A stretch of DNA of 64,000 bases from a virus (IMGVR_UViG_3300037440_000313:1-64000); one strand, 5' to 3'; shown: positions 36,324-45,433, counted from the stretch's first letter. Notes: a model not told the origin generated them from the sequence alone. A program made the numbers and translations.

Positions 36324-36396
36324 AATACCTTACTACCTTGTTTGATTGGGGTCGACTCATCACGGAGTTGGAAGTTAGACGATCTGAGTCGACCCC
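36324..36396 (-). promoter_or_regulatory. queE leader: 12-bp perfect hairpin plus A-rich SD-containing tail
   Basis: GGGGTCGACTCA (36348-36359) pairs with TGAGTCGACCCC (36385-36396), with a 25-nt loop. On the - strand the stem is followed by AAUCAAACAAGGUAGUAAGGUAUU-AUG. Confidence 0.45.
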
Positions 36397-36491
36397 TCTG
36401 AGCTATTTTCCGACTATACGCTTTTGACTAGTTCCCAGTGCGTTCAGCGTTCCAGGGCTAGGTCGAAGTGCAAGTTCGTGGCACCTAGACG

Positions 36492-36905
36492 TTAGAACTT
36501 TTTGCCGTGCAATCTAGGCCGAGTGCGATTATACAGCGCCTTCGAAATAATTGCAGCACCTATGTCGTAGCCATGCTCATTTCCCCAATCGAGGATTCGG
36601 ATGATAGCATCAGCCAACTCTTCTTCTACTTCAGTAAAGTCTGGAATCTTCTCGCTCTTCGGAGCAAGCCCCGGTTTACGTAGCGATTCGAAAGCTTCTG
36701 AGATCTCAGAATGCATAAGTGCGAACCTCGTTCCGTCACTCGTATCTACGTCGGCGCTCCAGAAGCCCTTCTCATGGCCAGTCTCATTGACCATAATACC
36801 CAGGAATTCAAACATGCCAGCAATGTCATCAGACTTGACACTGCGTCCAGCAGCTTCAAGCATGATAGGCCAAGTATTCTGTCCGATGTGACCTTCTTTA
36901 TCCAT
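36492..36905 (-). CDS. mazG: MazG-like nucleoside triphosphate pyrophosphohydrolase
   Basis: 137 aa. HSEISEAFESLRK and EELADAIIRILD fit the paired EExxE/ExxD helices of small MazG proteins. Confidence 0.6.
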   Translation of the reverse strand: MDKEGHIGQNTWPIMLEAAGRSVKSDDIAGMFEFLGIMVNETGHEKGFWSADVDTSDGTRFALMHSEISEAFESLRKPGLAPKSEKIPDFTEVEEELADAIIRILDWGNEHGYDIGAAIISKALYNRTRPRLHGKKF

Positions 36906-36966
36906 TATATTCTGCTCCTCAGTCGACTGTAGCTGTTAACTTGTTAGCTTAATGCTTTAAGCAAAG

Positions 36967-37746
36967 CTAGAACGGCATCTCATCACTTGTATCTGTAACA
37001 TCACCCGACGCTGCGTAGTACGTAGGATCCCCAATGTTTGCGTCCTCGAATGCCTGCTTGCGTGCACGGCATGTGGGGCAAATACCGCAATGATATGCTT
37101 CACCCTTGTAGCAGCTCCACGTAAGCTCGTAAGGAACATCGAGATCAGAACCGCGCCGAACAATATCTGTCTTAGAGCTGAACACAAACGGAGCTATCAA
37201 TCGTACTTTGCCGTAAGTGCCCATCCAGACCATGTTTGCTGCCGAGCCAAAGAATTCAGGAGTGCAATCGGGGTATGCAAATGCTGCAGCATCTTCTGCG
37301 TGAATACCACAATAGAGATGTGCTACTCCTCCGGGATGGTACTCCTCAAGCTCTCCTACAAGGAAGCTTGTAGCTGCAGCCATCATGAGCCCATTACGGA
37401 ATGGCACATACGTAGGAGATACTCCAGTAAGCTCACCATAACTGGTATTGGGAACTACTTGGCTGGGATCCTTCAACATCGTGTTCGGGATGATATCCTT
37501 CAGATTCAGGATGTGTTGATTGACTCCTGCCTGCTCGCATATAGAAGCAGCTGCGTCGATTTCCTTACGATGCCGTTGGCCGTAATCAAACGAGATCGCT
37601 ACGATACTAGAAGAAGGTGCACGTTCCATTGCGTCGAACAGTACAGTAGTAGAATCGATTCCACCACTCAACATGACCCCAATGAGATCAGGTTGGCTAT
37701 ATGCTTTCGCAACGTCAAATATCTTATTGGTATTACTCTCAGTCAT
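36967..37746 (-). CDS. queC: 7-cyano-7-deazaguanine (preQ0) synthase
   Basis: PP-loop VMLSGGIDSTT. C-terminal zinc motif SCYKGEAYHCGICPTCRARKQAF. Confidence 0.9.
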   Translation of the reverse strand: MTESNTNKIFDVAKAYSQPDLIGVMLSGGIDSTTVLFDAMERAPSSSIVAISFDYGQRHRKEIDAAASICEQAGVNQHILNLKDIIPNTMLKDPSQVVPNTSYGELTGVSPTYVPFRNGLMMAAATSFLVGELEEYHPGGVAHLYCGIHAEDAAAFAYPDCTPEFFGSAANMVWMGTYGKVRLIAPFVFSSKTDIVRRGSDLDVPYELTWSCYKGEAYHCGICPTCRARKQAFEDANIGDPTYYAASGDVTDTSDEMPF

Positions 37747-37777
37747 TACCTGGCTCCATATGAATTGGTCTATGTTA

Positions 37778-37820
37778 GAAAGGCCAGTGACAAACGAGGA
37801 GGATTGCCACTGGCCCTTTC
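37778..37820 (-). terminator. hairpin between the DUF669-like gene and queC
   Basis: GAAAGGCCAGTG (37778-37789) pairs with CACTGGCCCTTTC (37808-37820): 12 bp with one bulge and an 18-nt loop. Confidence 0.4.
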
Positions 37821-37849
37821 ACTCATTGCATATAGGGGATCATCAGACC

Positions 37850-38314
37850 TTATGCGCCGAGGAACTCATTCGTGTCAGCCTGAGGACGAATCTTGCGAAC
37901 GTTATTGCGTACTTCGCCATCGTAGGTCTGATGACCTAACTGCACCTGCAATAGACGTCCACAGAAGGCAGATTCGTCACCGATCTTCTTGAGGTCAAGT
38001 TTCCGTTCCGGGGTACGATAATGCTCGTTCGCGAGGATATCCGGGAAACAAGTCTGCATGGCAGCTTTTGTGTACGGACGAGCTTTCTCCGACCATGACA
38101 TATGGTAGTAGATTGTCTTGCCGTCGTATTCGCCACCCTGGATCTGCAATTTCAGAGTCCACATCGGTTGACCCGACGCCTGAGACAGCGCATAGTCATG
38201 TTCGGCAACTACTGAATTGTACCAGCCTTTCGGAAGCGCTTCATTCCGAGCTTCCTCAATGCCGTCAACGTCGACTACATGCGTATTCTCATTTTCAGTT
38301 GTGAAGTCATTCAT
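37850..38314 (-). CDS. DUF669-like ssDNA-binding/recombination accessory protein
   Basis: 154 aa. LPKGWYNSVVAEHDYALSQASGQPMWTLKLQIQGGEYDGKTIY fits the DUF669 pattern. It lies next to the Sak4-like ATPase, as in many phages. Confidence 0.45.
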   Translation of the reverse strand: MNDFTTENENTHVVDVDGIEEARNEALPKGWYNSVVAEHDYALSQASGQPMWTLKLQIQGGEYDGKTIYYHMSWSEKARPYTKAAMQTCFPDILANEHYRTPERKLDLKKIGDESAFCGRLLQVQLGHQTYDGEVRNNVRKIRPQADTNEFLGA

Positions 38315-38402
38315 TACATGTTACCTTGTACAGAGTTTACTTTATCAGGTAGTTAAAGAGATACCCACTCTATGACACGAAGCCTACTTCAATATGAAGG
38401 GG

Positions 38403-39380
38403 TTAAGAAACGAACCCCACTTCCTGCATGATCTTTGCCATTGTCGGATCATCGAAGTAGGCCTTGCGACATTTCGCTAGACGGCTCTTCGCATCGAAAC
38501 GTGCACCGACAGGCTGTACCCATAGTCTACGTGGAGCATTCTTCTCCTCCGTAGCAGCACCAGTCTGAAGGAACCCGACGATATCAAAGAACCCCTGAAC
38601 CTTGTTCGACAGCTGACCTGTTAGAGCTGGAGTGAAGTGATATGCCTTCAATTCATCCTGCTCATAAGATGCAGCACACGTCATAATCACGTTCAAATCC
38701 AAATCCCGGAAGAGACGCACAAGCAGCTGCATCTTCGCGTGGTTCTGTTTGTACTCCTTGAACTCCGCTGTCGGAAGCTCACCAGTGAATGCAAAGCCTT
38801 GGTGGAGTCCAAGCAAGTCAGCCATGCAATATTCATTGAGCTCCGTCAGAGAGTCAATAATTACTGTGTTATAGCGGCGTAGCCGATCATCGACTCCTAC
38901 AGGCAGAACTCTCTCCTGCAGAGTACGCAGCTTAGCTTCATCTCCTTCCTTACGGAAGATGACATGAGCTGTCAAGAAGTCCTTGATCTGCTGAAGTTGC
39001 CTGAACGTAGTAATACGAACAATGTCAATTGAAGTGATATCCTGCAGTACAGGACTATCATGAAGTGACATCTCACCACCCTCAGCCGAGATCACAAAGA
39101 TGTCACGCATCTTCGGAACGTCAGCTGCAGTAGCCGCCAGAGTAGTCTTACCTGCACCATATTTGCCATAGACAAGTAACTTAATAAACTTGTCTTCCAC
39201 AGCCTTCTTCAACGGCACTATGTTGAACAATGTAGGTGCAGCAGCTTTTGCTACCGTTCCACTGGCAGCCGCAGGTGCATTAGCTGACGTGCTCTGGGGC
39301 GGAGGTGGAGGCGCTGGTGCTTGCGATGGTGCTTGCGCTGGCTGCGTTTGGGTTGGCGATGGGCTGCCCTGCTGAGTCAT
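38403..39380 (-). CDS. Sak4-like RecA-fold ATPase (single-strand annealing/recombination)
   Basis: Walker A VYGKYGAGKTT, Walker B VIIDSL. The N-terminus is Pro/Ala/Gln low-complexity. It forms a module with the DUF669-like and Cas4-like genes. Confidence 0.6.
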   Translation of the reverse strand: MTQQGSPSPTQTQPAQAPSQAPAPPPPPQSTSANAPAAASGTVAKAAAPTLFNIVPLKKAVEDKFIKLLVYGKYGAGKTTLAATAADVPKMRDIFVISAEGGEMSLHDSPVLQDITSIDIVRITTFRQLQQIKDFLTAHVIFRKEGDEAKLRTLQERVLPVGVDDRLRRYNTVIIDSLTELNEYCMADLLGLHQGFAFTGELPTAEFKEYKQNHAKMQLLVRLFRDLDLNVIMTCAASYEQDELKAYHFTPALTGQLSNKVQGFFDIVGFLQTGAATEEKNAPRRLWVQPVGARFDAKSRLAKCRKAYFDDPTMAKIMQEVGFVS

Positions 39381-40530
39381 GTGTTATCCCTGCGTTTGCT
39401 CGATATAATACTCCACCTAGGCGATCGTAGGAAAGTAACTCCCACTCGCTAGATGCTTTCTTTCTCTGAACGTACACATCTGTATCGTTCAATTCATATT
39501 CCCAGTCAGACCCATCATCCATAGAATTACATGGAGATATAAATGAACACATACCACACCCCCAACCTTGTGAGGGATACATAGCTGTACCTGGGCTAAG
39601 CATATCATGGACTTCGAGCATCATCTTCTTGTACTCATTGTCCAGTGCCACTGGGTTACGCGCGATCTTCGTACGCTCAATGAAGTTGTCACGATCATAC
39701 GATTCAGCCATAGCCAGCTTATTCAAGACGCCAATTTGCTTCTCGGTCCAACCTGAAGGTGAATCCCCATATGTCTTGATTAGAGCTGCTCGGTACATCG
39801 AGTGGGTGGTAGTTTGGCTTTTATCCTCACTAACATGCCCACTCTGTAAGATTCGGGCGGGTTTGGGAATAGCCTTCTTATGCTGTTGGTAAATGAAACC
39901 AACAACCTTATATGGATGATAGATTCGAGAGGCCGCCCACATGTAGCGTGATACCTGAGGGTCCACGGGCAAATGTGATGTGTTAAATACTTTGGCTGTC
40001 TTATAATCGAGAATATGTAGGTGCCCATTCTCGTCGATTATAACACGGTCAAACGTCCCACGGTAAACTACCCGGTCCTTGTCGATACGTTTTAATAGGG
40101 CAGGATCGACTGGCAGATCAATCTCAAACCCTGACTCTACCTGTAATCGCCCCTCGAACTCGAACGTGGTATAAGGATCACGACGCTCAAGCCACTTCTC
40201 ATAGTGCTGAAGCATACCATAGCCGAGATTTACTAGCTCATCAGCTTCATCTGGAAGCCTATGATAGTGATGCTCATATGAAAGCTTGACGTAATCGTGG
40301 AAGGAGTCTATAACAGAATCGAATAAACGAGGCCCATGAAAGTCTTTCATGGCAGAATGGATAGCTTCACCGAACCAGAGGGGAGGTGCTTTATAGACTG
40401 GCTCTAGACCACGATTGAGATGGGATCCCCAGAGCCATCGGCGTCTGCAGGATTTGAACAAGCCCGTGTCACTTGTGTGAATTGGGACTGTTCTGTCTTC
40501 AGGAATGGTTATGCTTGTATTGTTTGTCAA
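39280..40530 (-). CDS. PD-(D/E)XK Cas4/RecB-like exonuclease with Cys cluster
   Basis: TTG start after GGGGGAA. FDRVIIDENGHLHILDYKT is a D..D/E-x-K core. An N-terminal Cys (FKSCRRRW) plus the C-terminal CGMCSFISPC give a 4-Cys pattern. The last 101 nt overlap the next gene. Confidence 0.7.
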   Translation of the reverse strand: MTNNTSITIPEDRTVPIHTSDTGLFKSCRRRWLWGSHLNRGLEPVYKAPPLWFGEAIHSAMKDFHGPRLFDSVIDSFHDYVKLSYEHHYHRLPDEADELVNLGYGMLQHYEKWLERRDPYTTFEFEGRLQVESGFEIDLPVDPALLKRIDKDRVVYRGTFDRVIIDENGHLHILDYKTAKVFNTSHLPVDPQVSRYMWAASRIYHPYKVVGFIYQQHKKAIPKPARILQSGHVSEDKSQTTTHSMYRAALIKTYGDSPSGWTEKQIGVLNKLAMAESYDRDNFIERTKIARNPVALDNEYKKMMLEVHDMLSPGTAMYPSQGWGCGMCSFISPCNSMDDGSDWEYELNDTDVYVQRKKASSEWELLSYDRLGGVLYRANAGITHDSAGQPIANPNAASASTIASTSASTSAPEHVS

Positions 40531-40625
40531 GTCTTATATTCCCCCACATACCCTGCCAGATGCCTTAACTATCTGCTGCAGGTACTGTTACTGAACCACT
40601 AGCTTCAATGTAACATTATTCCATT

Positions 40626-40687
40626 ATTATAACACAGGCAACAAAAAGACGCAACAGGAAAATGAGGCGTGGTCAAAAGAATTTTGG
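40626..40687 (-). promoter_or_regulatory. early promoter with conserved upstream block (copy A)
   Basis: On the - strand: CCAAAATTCTTTTGACCACGCCTCATTTT-CCTG-TTGCGT (40654-40649), 17-nt spacer, TATAAT (40631-40626). Confidence 0.55.
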
Positions 40688-40720
40688 TTATGGGCGCATA
40701 TTCCGCCACATATGGGGGTA

Positions 40721-40766
40721 ATGAAGATGTGGCTGCGGATACAGCACCCCACAACCACATCTTCAT
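40721..40766 (-). terminator. 12-bp perfect hairpin directly after the stop of ORF 40768-40992
   Basis: ATGAAGATGTGG (40721-40732) pairs with CCACATCTTCAT (40755-40766), with a 22-nt loop. No U-tract follows. Confidence 0.4.
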
Positions 40767-40767
40767 G

Positions 40768-40992
40768 TTACTGTACCAAGGCTACGATCTCAATGAGTCG
40801 CTCGTCTTTGATAGTCCGGTAATCAGATATGTGTTTACCATAGCTAATATTACCTGACTGCTTGCTGATAACAAAGAAGGGGCTACCATCGCTTTCAGGT
40901 ACGATCAGTGCAGTTGCAGCCTTGATATCGTCTTTCTGGTTAGCCCAGTTGCTCAGTAGATATGATTTAGCCTGTTCCAGATCCAGAGCCAT
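40768..40992 (-). CDS. hypothetical protein
   Basis: 74-aa track ORF. Its start is coupled to the helicase stop (40992). Confidence 0.55.
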   Translation of the reverse strand: MALDLEQAKSYLLSNWANQKDDIKAATALIVPESDGSPFFVISKQSGNISYGKHISDYRTIKDERLIEIVALVQ

Positions 40993-42452
40993 TAGTTACT
41001 CCTCAGTGCAGCAATAAGGTTTGCCTTGTTGGAATACATCTTATTGACGTTCGCTTGCTTGTGAACGAGCCCATACATAATCTGCTCGTCCAAGGTATTT
41101 GAACATTGCATGTAATATGAATTGATCAATCCATGAGGATTGCTTAAACGGTCAAGTCTATCTTCCGCTTGGAAGTTGACTTGCGGATCCCACGAATATC
41201 CAATGTGGAAACACTTGTCTGCAGAGTCTAAGTCAAATGACTCCGCATAATCAGTCGTGCAAACAATGAGTCCCTTCTGAGCCTTGAACTTTTGAATTGT
41301 TTCGTATAGGACTTCGAGTTTCAAGCCTCCCATCAATGTGAAGACAGGAGTCTGCAAATCAACTCCAGGATCTGATAATCCATAGTGGGTTGCATTAGCT
41401 TCGAAGTAAGCCTTCAAGATCGGGACTGCATCTCGGTAGGGAGTGAATATAACACTGTGCCGTTCATCTCTTGGCAAGTCCATCAACATCTCACCGACTT
41501 CGACTGCAGCTCCACCAATCCCAAGCTCCGGTGCAATCTGTGCAGGGCAACTCAAGAGCTTACGCATCTTCGTGTACTGAGATAGCGTATTGAGCATGAT
41601 CTCAGTAGAGCCATCTTCGAGCTCAAGTAAAAATTCATCACGTACTTGCTCGTACGCACGTCTTTGAGGCCCTGTCATTTCAACAGGTAGGATATCACGG
41701 ATCTTCTTTTGAAGCCCAAGTTCCTTCTTGGTAGCTACAATCGCATATTGCGCGAGCAACTTCCTAAACTGCTCCTCATTACGAGAGCCATAGAAAGACT
41801 TACCATGGGGAGATATATCCTCATGGCACCACGTCTTACCGAATCTCCAGTACGAACTAAATAACTTCCTGTCAATTAAGTTGAAAGGGACAAAGTAATC
41901 GATAAAGCCTTTGGTGCTCGGAGATCCGCTAACGAGCAGCAAGTTATCTTCTCTGAGCTTACCGAGAAACTTGTGTAGCCCCGTATCCCGATTGCGCATA
42001 AACTTGTGGTACTCATCCACAGTTACAGAATCCCAATTGAGCGGATAAGATTCCCTATCACGCACAGCTAACTGAAAGTTCGTAATGATGGACAAATCGG
42101 GATGCTTTGCATTTTTCTGTAAGAATGCATGCCTTATCTCTTTCTTGTATCCTCCAGTCAAGAGGATATACTTATTCAGTTGGTCCGGGAACCAAATCCA
42201 CATATGACGCAACCAGCTTAAGATAGCACGATCTGTTGCTATTAACAACGAACGCCTGGGATTATAATGAGCCAGCGTCCTACAGCCAATATAGGTTTTA
42301 CCAGTACCCATAGGCAGCCCAAGAATGTGCCTTCTGTTCTCAGGCTTTATTAGCTTCGCGATCGAGTCTATCTGACATTGATGCAGATCCAGCTCGCGAT
42401 TGCGTTCTTCCTGCTTGCCGAACATGCGCTCAGCCACTTCAGATGCTAGCAT
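40992..42452 (-). CDS. SNF2/DEAD-like superfamily 2 helicase
   Basis: Motif I GLPMGTGKTYIG, motif II VTVDEYHKF. The C-terminal helicase lobe carries ..EDRLDRLSNP. Confidence 0.7.
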   Translation of the reverse strand: MLASEVAERMFGKQEERNRELDLHQCQIDSIAKLIKPENRRHILGLPMGTGKTYIGCRTLAHYNPRRSLLIATDRAILSWLRHMWIWFPDQLNKYILLTGGYKKEIRHAFLQKNAKHPDLSIITNFQLAVRDRESYPLNWDSVTVDEYHKFMRNRDTGLHKFLGKLREDNLLLVSGSPSTKGFIDYFVPFNLIDRKLFSSYWRFGKTWCHEDISPHGKSFYGSRNEEQFRKLLAQYAIVATKKELGLQKKIRDILPVEMTGPQRRAYEQVRDEFLLELEDGSTEIMLNTLSQYTKMRKLLSCPAQIAPELGIGGAAVEVGEMLMDLPRDERHSVIFTPYRDAVPILKAYFEANATHYGLSDPGVDLQTPVFTLMGGLKLEVLYETIQKFKAQKGLIVCTTDYAESFDLDSADKCFHIGYSWDPQVNFQAEDRLDRLSNPHGLINSYYMQCSNTLDEQIMYGLVHKQANVNKMYSNKANLIAALRSN

Positions 42453-42743
42453 TTATATATCCTCTAGGTCTATGATGTTCTCAAGCTCGGCTTTACTAAC
42501 AAACTGGAAATCAATTGGCCCACGCTCTACAGGTGAATCCGCAAATACAGTACTCCAGAATATCTCATACCTACCCTGATTAGCGTCTACTGCCCTTATA
42601 TTACGTAGCGAAGGTACATCTAGATTACCTTGACTAGAAACCTCAATGCCATACTTGCGAGCAAGCATAGTTAATTCGTCAAGGAAGGCTCTAACCCTAT
42701 CCTCATCTAGGATCTGCTGCCTATCCTCGACGAAATCTGCCAT
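42453..42743 (-). CDS. hypothetical protein
   Basis: 96-aa track ORF packed between the ligase and helicase genes. Confidence 0.55.
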   Translation of the reverse strand: MADFVEDRQQILDEDRVRAFLDELTMLARKYGIEVSSQGNLDVPSLRNIRAVDANQGRYEIFWSTVFADSPVERGPIDFQFVSKAELENIIDLEDI

Positions 42744-43717
42744 CAGTTACCTTTGAAATTAGCGAGCGAGGACATAAGCCCCCTGTATGTTTCAAGGGAT
42801 ACATCAGTCGCATGCCGCCACTGTAAGAAGACAGGATGGCGAGGAAGATCTTTCATACCAGCTTTCAAGTACTTGAACTTGACGATCTGGTGAAGGTAGT
42901 CCTGTCTATTGTTCCAGATTTGTTCGCGCGACGCGACATCGAATCCAGTTCCAATTCTGAAAGTACCACTCCACTTAGGGCTTACAACTACTAAAGCCCC
43001 AAGCAGATTGTCTGGCATCTTATTACCTTGATGCGAGCTGCGCTTCGTAAACCCAAGCTCGTCAGTATGAGCCTCATTCAGGTTACGTTGAAGCTGCTCG
43101 AAACCGACAACGATTGCTTCGTCATCACAGATGTCCTTGAGCTTCAATAGCCACTGCTGCTTCAGTGTTGAACGCCCATTCTTGTACAAGCCATGTGGGT
43201 GCCGTAAGATACACCCCTCAAGGTTCTGAGAGATGAACTGGCTCATATGATACTCGACTTGATCTGCTGCCGTAACATAGAATTCAGGAGCGAGCTTAAT
43301 CCGATCAGCAAATCCGTCAGACAAACCTTCCATGAACTTCATCAGGTGAATCCGACGTTCTCCATAGTGCTTGGTCGGATCAGCAAAGTCAAACGCATAG
43401 AAGGTAAAATTAGGACGCCCACCCTGAGACATGATGCCTGACGTAGTATTCATACAGACTGCTGGGTCATTGGGGTTACCAACAATCAATTCACCATCGA
43501 GCATTGCAGACTCTGGCATAAGTGCTTGTAGATCCCAAAAGAACTTTTGCACATAGCCATTTGGCAGAGGCTTACCCGAACGAGAGTAGATACCTCCATC
43601 GTAACAGAGACCACGGATCCCATCATACTTGACTTGCAAGATCAATGGGTATGCTAAGCTGCTCAACTGATCAGGAGTTACCGCAGCTGCTAACATCGGT
43701 TTTACAACCATAGACAT
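42743..43717 (-). CDS. ATP-dependent DNA ligase
   Basis: Adenylation motif I VKYDGIRG (KxDGxR). 324 aa, with an OB-like C-terminal half. Confidence 0.85.
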   Translation of the reverse strand: MSMVVKPMLAAAVTPDQLSSLAYPLILQVKYDGIRGLCYDGGIYSRSGKPLPNGYVQKFFWDLQALMPESAMLDGELIVGNPNDPAVCMNTTSGIMSQGGRPNFTFYAFDFADPTKHYGERRIHLMKFMEGLSDGFADRIKLAPEFYVTAADQVEYHMSQFISQNLEGCILRHPHGLYKNGRSTLKQQWLLKLKDICDDEAIVVGFEQLQRNLNEAHTDELGFTKRSSHQGNKMPDNLLGALVVVSPKWSGTFRIGTGFDVASREQIWNNRQDYLHQIVKFKYLKAGMKDLPRHPVFLQWRHATDVSLETYRGLMSSLANFKGN

Positions 43718-43723
43718 CTTCCT

Positions 43724-43924
43724 CTAGATATTGTCAGAGCAGTGTGGACAGTAATTATGAGTGATACCTGTACCTTCATCATGCATACTTGTCCACTTGC
43801 TCCCTTCAGCATCGTTCCTCAAGGTGTCAAGAGCATCTTCGAAGTCAGCTTCGCCTGTCTCGAAGTCCTCCCCACATTCATCACAGATGAATACCACCTT
43901 TCCGTAATTTCTGGTTACTGACAT
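43724..43924 (-). CDS. small zinc-ribbon protein
   Basis: Start taken at the internal ATG 43924 (the track ORF reaches 43981). CDECG...CPHC forms a pair of CxxC motifs. Confidence 0.5.
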   Translation of the reverse strand: MSVTRNYGKVVFICDECGEDFETGEADFEDALDTLRNDAEGSKWTSMHDEGTGITHNYCPHCSDNI

Positions 43925-44234
43925 TTTTCTTACCAACCTTTCGCGTCGGGAAGCCACGTTTCCTGCGGTCTTCAATAACAACCGCTTCGTGCTTCTGCTC
44001 TGCTTTTGAGAGCTCGATATCTTCAGGTCGAGCTGTTACCTGTTTAATGTTTGCACTGAAGAGAACATCATAGGGGTACAACTGCCCACCCCAAGACTTG
44101 ACAGCATCACGGATATGCGCTGCTAACTTTTTCTGGACCTCCACTGAGGTCAGTTCACCTGCAGGAAGCTCATTGTTATCCTGATGCGAGAAGTCATTGA
44201 TCCGAACCCGAACATGAAAGTTAAATAATGCCAT
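43881..44234 (-). CDS. hypothetical protein
   Basis: 117-aa track ORF. No motif recognised. Confidence 0.55.
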   Translation of the reverse strand: MALFNFHVRVRINDFSHQDNNELPAGELTSVEVQKKLAAHIRDAVKSWGGQLYPYDVLFSANIKQVTARPEDIELSKAEQKHEAVVIEDRRKRGFPTRKVGKKNVSNQKLRKGGIHL

Positions 44235-44320
44235 TAGTCCATTCCCTTTGTTGATTTCATCCTACACTAAAATCTTAGAGGAAAAGTCATGCCCGCTGCA
44301 ATTGTCAAAATTTCGCCTAG

Positions 44321-45055
44321 TCACCTCACGTAGTCAGCCATGGCTTCTAGTACCTCACGACCCCTATAGATTCGTCCATCTTCTCCATCTTTGGTAGGCC
44401 ATTGCTTATGTACAAGCTTGTTCAAGTGTAATGCTTCGTACCGGTTAACAGCATTCCTAATTAAGGACTCCTGCCACCATGACAACCGTTGCTGTAGCAA
44501 CTGCTCAGGTACCTGATAGGTGGGCCATTCAATAGGTAGTCCTAACACCATCTTTAGATGAGTAAACCCATCAGTAGTCATAGTTCCACGGTCCCGTACT
44601 TCATCACGTTGCCGTTGCATTAACTGAACTAACATAACCCGACTACCTTCAGGATTCTTATCAACTAATAGTAAGAGCACTGCTTGCATTCCAGTACGCA
44701 ATCCATTAGTCTTAAACCAGTGCGAGCTAGCAGTAGCTTCATTCATCTTGATCATATCTACAGCCAAGCCTGTTAGATTAGGTAACTCCGGCAACTTGCT
44801 ATGCACAACTACTAAGGGAGACATTGGCTGCCAGTTAGTGACATGTTTAACATAGTCATCTATGATCGTAAACCTCTTTTTACCCAAACTACCGGGCATG
44901 TCTCTTGTAGTGTTCTCCATATGTCTTATACAATCAGATAGACAGGTCTGTAACAATCCAATAATGTAACTGACTTGGGCTCTATACCTTACCCACTGCA
45001 TAATTGCTACAATACCAACAAGTAGTAGCAAAAGTATCAAAGCCCGTTCTAGCAT
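44321..45055 (-). CDS. membrane-anchored hypothetical protein
   Basis: Start taken at ATG 45055 (GGGGA RBS). This leaves a divergent promoter region; the track ORF reaches 45199. N-terminal TM segment LILLLLLVGIVAIMQW. Confidence 0.55.
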   Translation of the reverse strand: MLERALILLLLLVGIVAIMQWVRYRAQVSYIIGLLQTCLSDCIRHMENTTRDMPGSLGKKRFTIIDDYVKHVTNWQPMSPLVVVHSKLPELPNLTGLAVDMIKMNEATASSHWFKTNGLRTGMQAVLLLLVDKNPEGSRVMLVQLMQRQRDEVRDRGTMTTDGFTHLKMVLGLPIEWPTYQVPEQLLQQRLSWWQESLIRNAVNRYEALHLNKLVHKQWPTKDGEDGRIYRGREVLEAMADYVR

Positions 45056-45097
45056 AGCATCCCCAATTAAATCTAGATCTACACATATTTTCGCACT

Positions 45098-45126
45098 AGA
45101 GTCGCCTACAACCTCTGGTGTATAAT
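45098..45126 (+). promoter_or_regulatory. candidate promoter of the lone + strand gene
   Basis: TATAAT at 45121-45126 with a weak -35 (TAGAGT/AGAGTC). A GAGAGGAG RBS precedes ATG 45158. Confidence 0.35.
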
Positions 45127-45157
45127 AGAGACATAATAAAGAGAGGAGTAGTAGCTC

Positions 45158-45433
45158 ATGTCTACCTGGCAGTATCTTATACTCTCGCGTAACCCCCAAG
45201 ACCCAACTAACGTTGAAGTCTCTGGGATTGACTCAACTTACTGTAATGCAGCAACCCGAGAGGAAGCTGCATTATTGCTGTGCGACGAACTGAACATCGA
45301 CCGGAATCTCTTCATTGCATGCATTGAAGTAGCTCCGGGTGTCGACGTCAGGTTTTCCAACGATGGTTCCATGCTTCGGCTTTCACCTTCTAAACCAGAA
45401 GTTGAATTGCGTGATCGTCGCAAAGCAGCCTAA
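45158..45433 (+). CDS. hypothetical protein encoded opposite to the surrounding arm
   Basis: 91-aa ORF with a strong RBS and a canonical terminator 3 nt after its stop. It is the only credible + strand gene between 25.5 and 64 kb. Confidence 0.6.
   Translation: MSTWQYLILSRNPQDPTNVEVSGIDSTYCNAATREEAALLLCDELNIDRNLFIACIEVAPGVDVRFSNDGSMLRLSPSKPEVELRDRRKAA

Noticed and set aside
40669-40857. 62-aa + strand ORF between the helicase-side genes and the nuclease gene.
   Set aside because: It overlaps the early promoter block, the 12-bp hairpin and the 3' end of - strand ORF 40768-40992, and it has no RBS.
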